In this document: positions 11,986 through 25,295 of the stretch, one piece after another
How positions within the stretch are numbered: position 1 is the stretch's first letter
How the letters are laid out: each line of letters begins with the position of its first letter
Source of the DNA: Octopus sinensis
Taxonomy: Eukaryota
Assembly (NCBI RefSeq): GCF_006345805.1
Contig: NC_042998.1
Coordinates: 6,696,001 to 6,760,000 of the forward strand
DNA length: 64,000 nucleotides
Direction of reading: 5' to 3'
Notes under the pieces: generated by a model
Told to the model about the DNA's origin: nothing
What the model saw: only the letters and a program-made list of their open reading frames with translations
Database searches by the model: none
Translations under genes and position numbers: made by a program

Positions 11986-13049
11986 TAAAGATGGAGGTGG
12001 AAATAGCACAGAATTAAGTCATTTCAGTTTAAGAGGGAATTTAATAAAAGATTATATAAATAAAAATATGAATATTACCACTTTTGATGTATTTTATCTT
12101 ATCAAATATTAGTAAAAATTTATGAAAATTTGAAAACTTTGAAGGAAAAACAGTCTGTCTTTTGTTTGGTGGTCAAGAACATTGAAATCGGTAATATTAA
12201 TATTAATAAATGTCTTAAACTTAATTCTGTGCTATTTCCACCTCTATCTTTTTTCATATAAAATTTTATTTGTATAGATCTCTAATCTTTATTCAAATAT
12301 ACATACATACATACATGTATGCATATATATAATTGTATATATGATAGGCTACTTTAAGTTTCCATCTACCAAATCCACTCACAAGGTTTTGGTCACTCTA
12401 GGGCTACACTAGATCACCCAAAGTGACATGCAATGGGACTGAACCCCAAGCCATGTGGTTTGGAAGCTAATTTCTTACCACACAACCACACCTGTGCCTA
12501 TGAAAGGATTTATTTGATATTGAGAACAAACAAGCCATCAGCAAGAGATATTTTCTGAAATAAGAAATTTACAGCAATAAATATTTCAATAGGTCTTTTA
12601 AAATAGACATGTCTTCTAAATGGAATTAAAACAGTCAATTGTAATGCATTAGGGAGCAACGGAACATGTTGAAAATGACATTAATAATGTTTATTGATTA
12701 TAGAGATAAAAGGTGGCGAGCTGGTAGAACTGTGATCACACTAGGCAAAATGCTTAGTGGCATTCCTTCCAACTTTACCTTCTGAATTCCAATGTCACTG
12801 AGTATGACATTGCCTTTTGTTCTTTTGATATAAATAAAATAAGTATCAGTCGAGCACTGGCATTGATGTAATCAACTGGACCCTCTCCACAAAATTTCAA
12901 ACCATGTGTCTCTCATCAAAGAGATTCTTGATAAAGATGGTAAGTTAACAATTGAAGAGGATATCTTGCGTAGTGAAGAATCAATAATTAATTAATTTGA
13001 GAATGTTAAGGATGAAAGTTGTGCATGATGAGGTCCGCTATGAATTAGC

Positions 13050-13365
13050 AACAATTATGAATATTACTCTCTTTGATGAGATCAAGAATGAAGAGACCCT
13101 ACAACATGTTGGTTTGCCTTCTTTGATGGAAATCCTCACTGATAGAAATTTATGTTAGTTGGGTCAGGTACACAGGATGAACAACAGCAGATTCCCCAGA
13201 CAAATCCTATAGTCCCAATTATGCAAGGGGAATAGAAACCATGGAAAACCTAGACTGAGATTCAAAGATATTGCAAAAAGGATTATGAAGTGGCAAGGAA
13301 TCAATCATGATGAATGGCAAACTCAAGTGAAAAACTGACCAGTATGGAGAAAGCTTATCAAGTCA
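13050..13365 (+). pseudogene. Old RTE LINE C-terminal fragment
   Basis: ..IKNEETLQHVGLPSL..LGQVHRMNNSRFPRQIL*SQLCKGNRNHGKPRLRFKD..W..W, typical RTE ORF end; in-frame stops. Confidence 0.75.
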
Positions 13366-13664
13366 TGCCAAAGCCATGAACAATCATAGTCTTGATGACT
13401 GACCAAAGATGATTGGTCTCGGTTATAGGAATGGTGGTGAGGTAACTGCAAAGATGTGGAATAATAGATAAGATGTCTGACATAAACTAGAAGAAATTAA
13501 AGTTATTTCACACAGTGCATTCAAAACCAAAAGAAATTCCTTGTTGTGGTTTTGAGTACAGTTCCAGTGTGTGGTACCTTAGGCAAGGATATTCTGTTAT
13601 AGCCTTGGGCTCATTTAATGCCTTGTGCATGGCTTTGGTAAACAGAAAACTCAAAGAAGCCCAT

Positions 13665-13695
<31 letters not shown>

Positions 13696-13946
13696 GTATA
13701 TATACATATATATTTATATATATATATTTCATCATCATCGTCATCGTTTAACGTCCGTTTTCCATGCTAGCATGGGTTGGATGATTTGACTGAGGACTAG
13801 CAAACCAGATGGCTGCACCAGGCTTCACTCTTGATCTGGCAGAGTTTCTACAGCTGCATGCCCTTCCTAATGCCAACCACTCCGAGAGTGTAGTGGGTGC
13901 TTTTATATATAATATATATATATATATATATAATATATATATATAT

Positions 13947-14614
13947 ACAAAATTTAGAGGATTGACCACTAAAAGTGGACAGCGTGTATGCTAGATATAG
14001 ACGTTAAAATCGCCATTTTCCACTGAGAATGTGTTCTCAAGAAAAAATTCAGCAAAAAGCCAAAGCGTAAAAATAAGCAAGACAAATGAAAATATACGAA
14101 ATAAAACGATTACCTATGTACTAATTAGTTTCACTTGTTAATAATTTATGTATATGAATACATAAACATCTGCAAGATCATCAGCATAGTCTGTCATTTA
14201 TGAAGCACAATTTCTAGAACTAGATACAGGGCACTCGACCGAAATCCAGCACTGCATAAACTTCCACAAATTATATTTATGTGTATCTTTCAAATGCCTT
14301 CACTTTGGTGCGCTGAGATCGGAAATTACTCTGCAGTTAATAAACTACAGCAGTCAATTTCCCGGCTAGAGAACATTTTTTATTTAAAATTAAATAAGGG
14401 TAGAAATTGATATTAATCAATTAAAACCAGTGGCCTAGCATATTTAAAAAATCCGAAGATTAAAAATTTTTTTACATACTAAATTTAGAGGATTGACCAC
14501 TAAAATTTTTCTTGAGAACACATTCTCTGTGGAAAATGGTGATTGTGATTTTGACTTCTACTTTTAGTGGTCAATCCTCTAAATTTTGTATGTAAAAAAA
14601 TTTTTAATCTTCGG
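13947..14614 (-). mobile_element. Non-autonomous PLE/retrozyme-like element: 531-bp monomer plus inverted 5' segment
   Basis: aatttagaggattgaccactaaaa repeated at 13951 and 14482 (offset 531); inverted copies at 14504-14614; (TA)n on the left. Confidence 0.75.
14114..14189 (-). ncRNA. Type I hammerhead ribozyme
   Basis: cuaug-CUGAUGA-u-cuug..[uuuauguau/auacauaaa]..caag-u-GAAA-CUAAUUAG-UA-cauag; perfect 5-bp stem I, palindromic stem III, GUA site. Confidence 0.8.
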
Positions 14615-15967
14615 AGAGAAATAATGCTAAAAAAATACTTTGCGAAGACAATGTCTCAGCAATCATTGTTAAAGTTCACTGAGTTGAAATTTCTATGATA
14701 TTCGGCCATGAAGTACAAAATATCATTCACCAAAATGTCATTCGAGATGTTCATGATGGTGACACAGTCAAAGATTCTAACAATTATCTTTGCTCTCTCC
14801 TCTTTCACTTATTTTTGTCAGTGAGCAGAAGCCATCGTGGGGCATCCCCTTAAAGGGTTTAGTTGAACAAATCACCCCCCACACCCTGCCAGTACTGTTT
14901 TTGATGCCTGGTACTTATTTTGTTGGTTTCTTTTTGCTAAACCACTAAGTCACAGGGACACAAACAAATCAACGTCACTTCTCAAGAGGTGGTAGGGGAC
15001 AAACACAAAGACACACACACATTTTCACAAAGGGTTTCTCTCAGTTTCCATGTACCAAATCCACTCACAAGGCTTTGGTTGGACCTAGTTTATAATAGAG
15101 GACATTTGCCTAATGTGCCATGCTGTGAGACTGAACCTAGAACCATGTGGTTGGGAAATAAACTTCTTACCACATGACCACGCCTGCACCTGATCTTGAT
15201 TTAATTCAAATGAAGATGTGAATGGCAGAGAGAGAAAAAATGCTGAAATTCCAGTTCCTAAAGGAGACATATGGAAACCCTGACAGTGCCGTGTGCTGGA
15301 GAAGGGAAAGACTGAGAGGGGAGGAATCTATCAAAAGGGGTTACATCATATGTGACTGATTAGGATGAATCATAATGAGTTGATGCAATGATAGATATTT
15401 TAACACATAATTATTTTAGATTTCGTCCACCTTTTAATTGGTGACTTTTTTTACAGTGGTGTAGCCATCAGGGCTTCCAAGGGTAGCCCTTGAGTTGTAT
15501 ATTGACCCAACCCAATTAGGCCAATATGCAGCAGACCCAAAAGTGTTTTCCCCAAATAAAGTGTTGCTCAGGGTGTTCTGCTCCACCTTGCTCCCTCTAG
15601 TTACTCTACACATTTTCCATAGTAAAATGAGATAACTTTTTCTCTAAGTTCAACAACGTAGTATTTAATAATAGATTAAGTTTACTTCCAAAAAGAAAAA
15701 AAATTAACATTTTTTCCGATTTACACAACAGCCAAAAAATCCTTTGACATTTAAACCAGTCATATCCAGCCCAAATATTCTACATGTTCATGTGTAGGTA
15801 TGAACTTGTGCGCTTACACGAAGACTATGAACTTTTTACTCCCTTACTTTTACTCCCCCCCTCACTTAGTGGTCATTCAAATAGCTCTTTTGTCTTAATA
15901 ACGGTCAATCACACAGTAATTTCCCTTTGTTTAACGGTCATTTTTCATAGCATTTTTCCGATGGCCG

Positions 15968-16028
15968 GATAACTGAAGAGATGGCGGCATGGATTTCCAC
16001 CTCGGCATCCGAAACTCGGAGTTTTATC
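15968..16028 (+). ncRNA. Type I hammerhead ribozyme motif
   Basis: gauaa-CUGAAGA-gauggcg..cggcauc-c-GAAA-CUCGGAG-UU-uuauc; 5-bp stem I; (TA)n follows at ~16067. Confidence 0.75.
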
Positions 16029-17479
16029 ATGTCTACCGAATAATTGTCCCACATTACACTTACAGATATATATATATATATCATCAATCATCATCCTCAT
16101 CATCATTTAACGTCCGTTTTCCATGCTAGTACAGGTTGGATGGTTTGACTGGGATCTGGGAAGCCAGTAGGTTGCACCAGGCTCCAGTCTGATCTGGCAG
16201 TTTTTCTACAGCTGGATGCCCTTCCTAATGCCAACCACTCCGTGAGTGTAGTGGGTTGCTTTTTATGTGCCACTGGCAGCCTGGTCCATTTGAAAGGTAC
16301 TAATGATGTTTTAGAACAGCAGGCAACTTCCATGCCCAGTGGTGCTTGCAGTACCTAAAGGCAATCTATGAGAAACATTAAACAAACAAGAAAAAGGCCA
16401 GCAATTTTAAGGGAAGAAGGAAGTTGATTATATTGACCCAGAGTTCAACTGATACCAATTTTATTGACCCCAAATGGATAAAAGACATAGTCAGTCTTCA
16501 TAGCATTTGAACTGAGAATGTTAAGCATTTTGTCTGGTGTGGTGAAGATTCTGCCATCTTGCCAACCCTTTCTGTTATAGGCATGAGGCCTGAAGCTTTA
16601 GAGTAGGGGCTAGTTGATTACATCAACCCCAGTGCTCCACTGATACTTATTTTATTGACCCTGAAATGATGAAAGGCAAAGTTGACCTTGGCAGAATTTG
16701 AACTCAGAACATAAAGATGGACAAAATACTGCTAAGCATTTCACCTGGTGCGCTAACGATTCTGCAGTTTAGGTGCAAGTCCAGTGATTTTGAGGAGTGG
16801 AGACAAGTTGATTACATCTATTGACTCCAGTGCCCAACTGGTTCTTTGTTTTTACCAACCCTTAAAGGATGAAAGGCAAGGTTGACCTCAGCAGCATTTG
16901 AACCCACAACGTAAGGATCTGAAAGAAACACCACTCAACATTTTGTCTGATTCTCTAACAATTCTGTCAAGCATTATTTATTTGGAGAAAATATATTGGT
17001 TTTATCAACTGGAACATTACTTATATTCCAGCAAAAATTAGAATAGAAAACTGCTTTAGAAATTTGATGTAAGATTTTCCTGTAATTTGTAAATTCTAGG
17101 AAAATATATATGACATTTTCCAGATGTATATAGAGGATTTAGGTATATAATAAAATGAAAATAAAACAATCATGTATATTCTGAGTGCAGCATTATCAGG
17201 AAAATATTTATGTTTGCATGCATTGCAGCAGGTAAATGCATTATGCAACAATCAATTTTCTATACATTTAGAATATGTTGCAATACAGATATGATGTATA
17301 GCATATCTACAGTCAGAAACATAGAGATAAACATGGATTTTAGTGGTTCGGTTATTTACCGTGTGAGGAGATTCAATTTCGATACAGCAGACTAGTAAAT
17401 CACTCATCAAGTTTCAATTACGCTTGCTGTTCTATCGTTGCATCATATTCTGTCCCCTTTCTCCTTTTACCCCCTCCTC

Positions 17480-17516
<37 letters not shown>

Positions 17517-18875
17517 CCCTTGGCAAGAAAGTTGGGCAAAAAGATAAGTTTAATACTCTGTCAAGAGTACACCATTGTGCCAGCGACAAAATGCGATCTC
17601 ATAACTTTATCCAAAAGGTCAACACTGTACAGTGAGCTATCACGATTTCCCCTGATTTAGAGGTAAACTGTGTAAGAGAAACGAAGTTAGAACTACGCTG
17701 AAATTTTACAAGAATCCTATCACCGCCATTAATCATAGAAGTATGTCACGATGCATCGACTGCCTTCCTTAATGTCGTATATACACAAAAGGAAGGAAAT
17801 ACTTCTCATCTGATATATCTGTTTGCATACAACGGAAATAAGAGTTAATTTGCATCATATAATATCAGCACAATTATTAATTAGAAGATATATGCCAGCA
17901 AAGTTTTGCTTCAGTCAAAAGCAGGTGTTTTTCACTCGTAATAATTGTAAGATAATGCGTCCATAAAGGGAGCTGCTCACTAAAATTTTATTGTTCTTAT
18001 TGCCGGCATTGGGTGGCAATTATAATTCAGGAACATATTCCTCTTCCTCTCTTTGGAATCGGTAAGTTCCTTACGAGGAAGAGAGGGAGGTTTGCCTAAT
18101 GGCTACTAACAATACATGCGTTTAATGGATAAGGTAATATACGGTTCACAGTAGGCTCTTGTTTGAATTATATGGCACTACTATAACACTGGCCTCGACA
18201 AAGTTCCTGCACTATGTTTCCATATTAACCAGATGAATAATTGCTTAATGAGATGATTTATATCAGTTGCTTTTGTATAGCTTCGGGTTGCCATTAATTG
18301 GTTAAAACAAAATGTAATTAATGATGATCAAAGCAGATGTAATAATAATTTCTCACAATCGTATGAGGCCATAAATTTATTAAGAGTGGATAGGAGGTGG
18401 AGTTGGTTACTTCCCCTTCCTCCTCCTCCTCCCCCTACCCCTCACCCCCATTACTTGACTGGTACTTATGCAATTGACTCGAAGTAAAGATTTGAGACCT
18501 GGAATAAAAGGGATGCAGCTAAATACCACAAGGCATTCAGTGTGGTTCTTTGCCAATCGATTTCTCACAATGGCACCCAGCCACAAATTGATTGGAAAGT
18601 AGATTGATCAATTGAACTCTGTTTGATGGGGTAGTTAGAAGAAGCAGAGAAGCAGTATCTGTGGATTTCACACATACTCACACACTGGTGAAATTGATGT
18701 AGTTGAAGCCCAACCTGAACACCTGCATATAAATATCTGCAGGTAAACCTGAATGAGGATGGACCCTAAATACTTACAACAGTACCAACTCTGCTAAATT
18801 GACCCTGAATCAAGTCAAGTCATGCCAATAGCATTTCTGCATTTACATATATAACCCTTTAGCTTTCAGATTATT

Positions 18876-19286
18876 TACTCTTTTACTCTTTTACTTGTTT
18901 CAGTCATTTGACTGTGGCCATGCTGGAGCATCGCCTTTAGTCGAGCAAATCGACCCCAGGACTTATTCTTTGCAAGCCTAGTACTTATCTATCGGTCTCT
19001 TTTGCCGAACCGCTAGGTGACGGGGACGTAAACACACCAGCATCGGTTGTCAAGTGATGTTGCGGGGACAAACACAGACACACAAACATATACACACACA
19101 CTTACACACACATATATATATACGACGGGCTTCTTTCAGTTCCCATCTACCAGATCCACTCACAAGGCTTTGGTTGGTCCGAGGCTATAGCAGAAGACAC
19201 TTGCCTAAGGTGCCACGCAGTGGGAATGAACCCGGAACCATGTGGTTCGTAGGCAAGCTACTTACCACACAGCCACTCCTACACCT
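18876..19286 (-). mobile_element. SINE A
   Basis: Full-length match to family A. Confidence 0.9.
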
Positions 19287-19344
19287 ATTTGGTCAAATGC
19301 AATGCTTATTTATGCACACTGTTTGAAATTAATCATGCATTACC

Positions 19345-19860
19345 TCATCATCATCATCATCATCATCGTTTAGCGTCCGTTTTCCATGCTAGCATGGGTT
19401 GGACGGTTCTACTGGGGTCTGTGAAGCCAGAAGGCTTCATCAGGCCCAGTCAAATCTGGCAGTGTTTCTACGGCTGGATGCCCTTCCTAACGCCAACCAC
19501 TCCATGAGTGTAGTGGGTGCTTTTTACGTGCCACCCGCACAGGTGCCAGACAGAGCTGGCAAACAGCCAAGAACGGATGGTGCTTTTTATGTGCCACCAG
19601 TACGAGGCCAGTCGGGGCGGCGCTGGCAACGGTCGCGAAACGGAAGGTTCTCTTACATGCCACCGGCACTGGTAACACATCTGCAATTTCCATTGATCGA
19701 TTTTGATTCTGATCCTCACTTGCTTCAACAGGTCTTCACAAGTAGAGTTTTGTGTCCCAAGAAGGGAAGGTATGAATACGTAGGCTGGCTCCATCCCATG
19801 TAGAAGACCATGGGTTATGGACTCACTTGTCCTGCCGGGTCTTCTCGCGCACAGCACACT
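19345..19860 (-). mobile_element. Family E RTE-type 3' end including the ORF terminus
   Basis: 5' part gctgtgcgcgagaagacc reads AVREKT, like an RTE C-terminus; (gat)n tail. Confidence 0.7.
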
Positions 19861-21138
19861 TCCTTTGAAATTTTGATGATGTTATTGTTTAGTTTTAGCT
19901 TAACATTGTTGTGTATTTTTGTGAGGCCAGATCCTGACTGGTTTGAACAAAAAGTGGGTGGAATATTTGAGCCAGATAGCAACTGGTTTAAATGCTGATG
20001 GCTTAAGCCATTCAGTCTCTATGAAGCAAAGGCCATCAACAACTTTTCTCCTCTATTCTCAATTCTGGGTTGTCTTTTTCTGCTTCTCTCCAGTTGGATC
20101 CTTGCCTCTCTCTCAGCTGTTGGGCAAATAGCATCTGTGCTGGTGGCACATAAACAGCACCTTTCGAGCATTGGGCCTCACAGGGACAATGACAAATGAC
20201 CGAGACCTTTGGCAATATGCCATGCCTGAGAAGATGACCCATCAAGCCAAGTGAAATCATAGCCATGGCAGATACTGGTGTCACACACTTGGCGCTCAAA
20301 CTGGTGGCAAGCAAAAGCACCCATTACACTCTTGGAGGGGTTGGCATTAGGAAGGGCATCCAGCTGTAGAAACCATGACAAATCAGACTGGAGTCTGGTG
20401 CAGCTCCTCAGTTTACCAGCCCTGGTCAAACTGTCCAACCCATGCCAGCATGGACAGCAGATGCTAGATTATGATGATGATGATGAAGATGACAACAACG
20501 ACGATGACAATGATGATGATGATGTTTGTGTGAAAGAAGAGGAAGGCCTTCCTCTCCCAGGTCATGTTGGTTTTGAATTGTCTTCAATGCTTCTGTATCT
20601 TTGCGTTTTACTAAGGCTGTTGGTCTTAAGCAAACCCTTTTTACTCTTGGTTTTGTTCTGGCTCTTTGCACTCTATATTTAAATCCTGCTCTGGCCCTAC
20701 ATGGGAGGTAAATTTGACCCTGGTCCTTGGGTGCCTATTTTGCACAGTTCATTCTTTTGGAAGCTTCAAGCAAGATCATTAGTTTGAAGAAAGATTTCTC
20801 TTCTCCCCCAACACACCAAACTCAGAGGCCTCCCCAAAGATCATGGCCACTGCCTTCCCTCCTCACTAAAAGAGTAAACAAAGCAAAATTTTAAAAAAAG
20901 AAGTAGTGGTGGTGGTGGTGGTGCAGGCATGACCATGTGGTTAAGAAGCTTGCCTTGCAACCACATGGCCCTGAGTTCAGTCCTACTGCAAAGCACCTGG
21001 GTCAAGTGTCTTCTACTATCGCTCCAAATCAACCAATGCTTTGTAGATAAATTTGGCAGACAGAAACTGTGTGGAAGCCCAACATATGTGCATGAGTGTG
21101 TGTGTGTAAGTGTGAATATGTATATGTGCATGTATGGA

Positions 21139-21183
<45 letters not shown>

Positions 21184-22121
21184 CTTTGTATTTGTCCTCC
21201 ATTCATTGCTTGACAACAAATGTTGGTTTCTTTACATCTTTGTAATTCATCAATTTGGCAAAAGACATTGGGACTCGTCTGTTTGACTAAACCAGTGGTT
21301 ATCAACCAGGGTCCACATAGCCCTTGTGGGGTCCATATAAGATTTTGCTGTTTTACTTGTTTCAGTCATTAGACTACGGCCATGCTGTGGCACCTCCTTG
21401 AAGAATTTTTAGTTGAATGAACTAACCCCAGTACTTATTTTTTAAAGCCTGGTACTTATTCTATTAGTCTCTTTTACTGAACCACTAAGTTAGGGGAAAG
21501 TAAACCCACCAGCACCAGTTGTCAAGCAGTCGTGGAAGGACAAACAGTAACACACATATGATGGACTTCTTTCAGTTTCCATTTACCAAATCCACTCACA
21601 AGTCTTTGGTTGGCCCGAGGCAACAAAGTAGAAGACACTTGCCCAAGGTGCCACACACTGAAACTGAATCTGGAACCATGTGGTTGGTAAGCAAGCTACT
21701 TACCACACTGCCAAACCTGCATCTAAAACACACAAAATACCTTACCAAATTCTTTCTTATGCAATTCTTAATAATATTTACTTCTAAAGATATAAGATTT
21801 CTTAAGCATCAAGTGGCAATAGGGTCCATCTGAATAAAATAGAAATCAAAGGGGTCCATAGGTAACTAAATGGTACAGAAACACTTGATTAAACCTTTCA
21901 CAGTTGTGTCCCAGCATGGCCTGTCCCGTGACTAAATTGGAAAGGAAAAAGTAAAAATTAAAAAAAAAAATAATGAAAGTCAACTAATTCAGACTGGATT
22001 TGAACCCAGACCTAAGAGGGTATACAGTATACTAGCTGAAATATGTGTGAATCTATTGAAACATTGTACAAGGGAGTGCTAAGTTCCTAGCTTTAAGGTT
22101 ATCGTGAAAGGCCTGGTTGGA

Positions 22122-22465
22122 GGCACGTGACTTAGTGGTTAGGGTGTCAGCATCATGATCGTAAGATTGTGGTTTCGCTTCCTGGACTGGGCGACGCGTT
22201 GTGTTCTTCAGTAAAACACTTCATTTCACATTGCTCCAGTTCACTCAGCTGGCAAAAATGAGTAACGCTGCGATGGACTGGCATCCTGTCCAGCTGGAGA
22301 ACACATATGCCATAGAAACCGGGAAACCGGGCCTATGAACCTGGCTAGGCTTTAAAAGAGCACCTGCAACAGACCGGCGTCCCGTCCAGGTGGGGAGCCT
22401 ATACACCAAGGAAACTGGGAAACTGGCCCTTATGAGCCAGGCATGGCTCGAGAAGGAACAAACAA
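22122..22465 (+). mobile_element. tRNA-derived SINE family C inserted in a mariner remnant (~22067-22630)
   Basis: ggcacgtgacttagtggttagggtg head, ..gcgatggactggc..ccagct..gcctggctaggc tail; duplicated tggttggaggc flanks. Confidence 0.75.
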
Positions 22466-22688
22466 CATGGTTGGAGGCCCAACTTTCTGGATTCTTTTAT
22501 GGGGCTTCGAGAAACTGAAGAACTGCGTGCGTGACCCTGAGAGGGGAGTAGGTTGAAAAAGATCATAATTAACCGATCTTCCTGTATTTTCTTTTACCCA
22601 AAACTATGAGCTTTTCAGCATCCCCTGCTACAGTGGTTACCAGAAACAGTCATAAAAGAGAGTGGCAAGTCTTGAAGAGCTTGTGAGT

Positions 22689-23235
22689 TATAATAATAAT
22701 AATAATAATAATAATAATTGTGTACAGTGCTCAGGTGCACTACAACTCATCTAAAGTGTATGTATAATCAGGTGTAGTTTCGACGGATTTCGGAAAGCAT
22801 GAGGGCCTTAAAGGATGCAGTGTCATGGCAATCAACACCTGACGCAGGCAGTTTGTTCCATGCTTCAGCAACTCTGAGCGTGAAAAAATGTTTCCGAAAG
22901 TCATGGGAGCTGTGCTGTTTTCTGACTTTGTAGGCATGTCCACGTGTGTTAGACACATGGAGATCAAAAAGGTGTTCAGTGTTGTTGTTGGTGAGGTGGT
23001 TGATAACTTTGTGGGTGTTTACCAAGTCCGTCGCCAGACGCCGGAGCTTCAGTGAATACATGCCCAGGGAAACAAGGCGCTCAGAATATGGTAGGTGTCT
23101 GATGGAGGGTATGCGTTTAGTTGCACGTCTCTGGACAGATTCCAGGAGGTCAATGTTCTGAGCAAGATAGGGGTTCCAAACTGATGATACGAATTCCAAG
23201 TGTGGTCGTACCATAGCTGTATACAGTATCGAGAT
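22689..23235 (-). mobile_element. 5'-truncated CR1-type LINE
   Basis: LYTAMVRPHLEF..VWNP..LESVQRRATK..TRGH..FFTLRV..WNKLP; (tta)n tail; same family as 62919-63770. Confidence 0.9.
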
Positions 23236-23702
23236 GATGTAGAATGATGAACAGTAGTTATTAGAATAGAGATATGGTATGGTAAATTTTCTGTATAACG
23301 GTGTACACAAAACATATGTTGAAAGTAAGCAGTGGTGTCAGCTTAGCGAGCAGCTGTTTACTGGTGGTTACTGGTGAAATATGTATTGATTAATTTATCT
23401 GGTTGTCAATATCTGATTCTATGCAAGTATCCATGCAAGTATGTGTGTGTATACATGTTAAAGTGGATGTGTAATGCATGTGCAGGAGAGGTTAAGCACC
23501 TACTGCAGAGAGTGTGTATTGGGTGTATGTGTGCATGTGAGTGCACAAAAATGAATGAATGAATGAATAGGTTAGGAGATTACCAGACAGAATAATAGAA
23601 AGCCATAACAGTTATAGGACAATCAGATGAGGTGGGGGGGACACATACATATACATATATGTGGGTGTGTGTATATACATATATGTATAAATATATATAA
23701 TA

Positions 23703-23873
23703 GGCGCAGGAGTGGCTGTGTGGTAAGTAGCTTGCTAACCAACCACATGGGTCCGGGTTCAGTCCCACTGTGTGGCATCTTGGGCAAGTGTCTTCTGCTA
23801 TAGCCCCGGGCCGACCAATGCCTTGTGAGTAGATTTGGTAGACGGAAACTGAAAGAAGCCTGTCGTCTATATG

Positions 23874-23904
<31 letters not shown>

Positions 23905-24107
23905 TTGTGTGTCTGTGTTTGTCCCCCTAGCATTGCTTGACAACTGACGCTGGTGTGTTTACGTCCCCGTCACTTAGCGGTTCAGCAAAAAGAGACCGAT
24001 AGAATAAGTACTGGGCTTACAAAAAGAATAAGCCCTGGGGTCGAGTTGCTCGACTAAAGGTGGTGCTCCAGCATGGCCGCAGTCAACTGACTGAAACAAG
24101 TAAAAGA

Positions 24108-24110
<3 letters not shown>
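23703..24110 (+). mobile_element. SINE A
   Basis: Full-length match to family A. Confidence 0.9.
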
Positions 24111-24147
<37 letters not shown>

Positions 24148-24545
24148 ACACTCACATAAGTGTGATTATTTATACAGATATGTAATAATGCATATAGATC
24201 ATTGACACATGCACAGCTGTGTGTTTAAAAAGTTTGAATCATAACAATGTGATCTTAATTTCAGTGTGTGTGTGTGCATCTGCACATGTGTGCATCTGCA
24301 CATGTGTGCATCTGTGTGCATCTGTGTGTGTGTGTGTCAGTGTCTGTTGGAGTGTCTCCATGCCTGTCTTTACATTAATATAACTCAAAATCTCAGTCTG
24401 CTTTGTTTACTCTTTTATTCTTTTACTTGTTTCAGTCATCTGACTGCGCCCATGCTGGAGCACCGCCTTTAGTCGAGCAAATCAACCCCGGGACTTATTC
24501 TTTGTAGGCCCAGTACTTATTCTATCGGTCTAAAAAATTACCTTA

Positions 24546-24637
24546 CGCCTGCAGAGGGACTTGAACCCGCGACCCTTAGATTACTTCTAAGGTTGACCTA
24601 TAAAAGTCTGATGCTCTACCGACTGAGCCATGCAGGT
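24546..24637 (-). tRNA. tRNA-Lys-TTT: Intron-containing tRNA-Lys(UUU), possibly a pseudogene copy
   Basis: ACCTGCA-TG-GCTCAGTCGGTAGAGC-A-TCAGA-CTTTTA-[19-nt intron 24600-24582]-A-TCTAA-GGGTC-GCGGG-TTCAAGT-CCCTC-TGCAGGC-G; T6 terminator at 24537-24532; three stem mismatches. Confidence 0.8.
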
Positions 24638-25232
24638 TAGCAGTTTGTTAAATAGAAATCAAAATAGTGCTCCAGTATGGCCGCAGACCAATGTCTAAAA
24701 TAAGCAAATGTATATATTTATATAAACAGACACACACACACACATATACACACACATACATATGTTGGCATTATCATAAATTATAGGTGTATATATGTAT
24801 ATCTATATATGTGTGTGTGTGTGTGTGTGTCTATGTTTGTCTTCTGTTGCCACTTGACAACCAGTGTTGGTTTGTTTATGTCCTCATAACCTGGCAGTTC
24901 AGCAAAAAATGACAGATAGAATATGAACCAGGTTTCAAAATAAGTACTGGGGTCAATTTCTTTGACTTCATCATTTAAGGCAGAGCCCCAGCATGGCCAG
25001 GATCAAATGACTGAAACAAGTAAAAGAACAAAAAAAGAGAAAAATTATATTATTTTTTTGAATGTATAGGTGCAGGAGTGGCTGTGTGGTGAGTAGCTTG
25101 CTTACTAACCACATGGTTCCGGGTTCAGTCCCACTGCATGGCATCTTGGGCAAGCGTCTTCTACTATAGCCTCGGGCCGACCAAAGCTTATGAAAGGATT
25201 TGGTAGACAGAAACTGAAAGAAGCTCATCGTA

Positions 25233-25290
<58 letters not shown>

Positions 25291-25295
<5 letters not shown>

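Noticed and set aside
18168-18195. tatggcacta seed similar to the miR-96/183/263 family
   Set aside because: The remainder does not match and no precursor hairpin is visible
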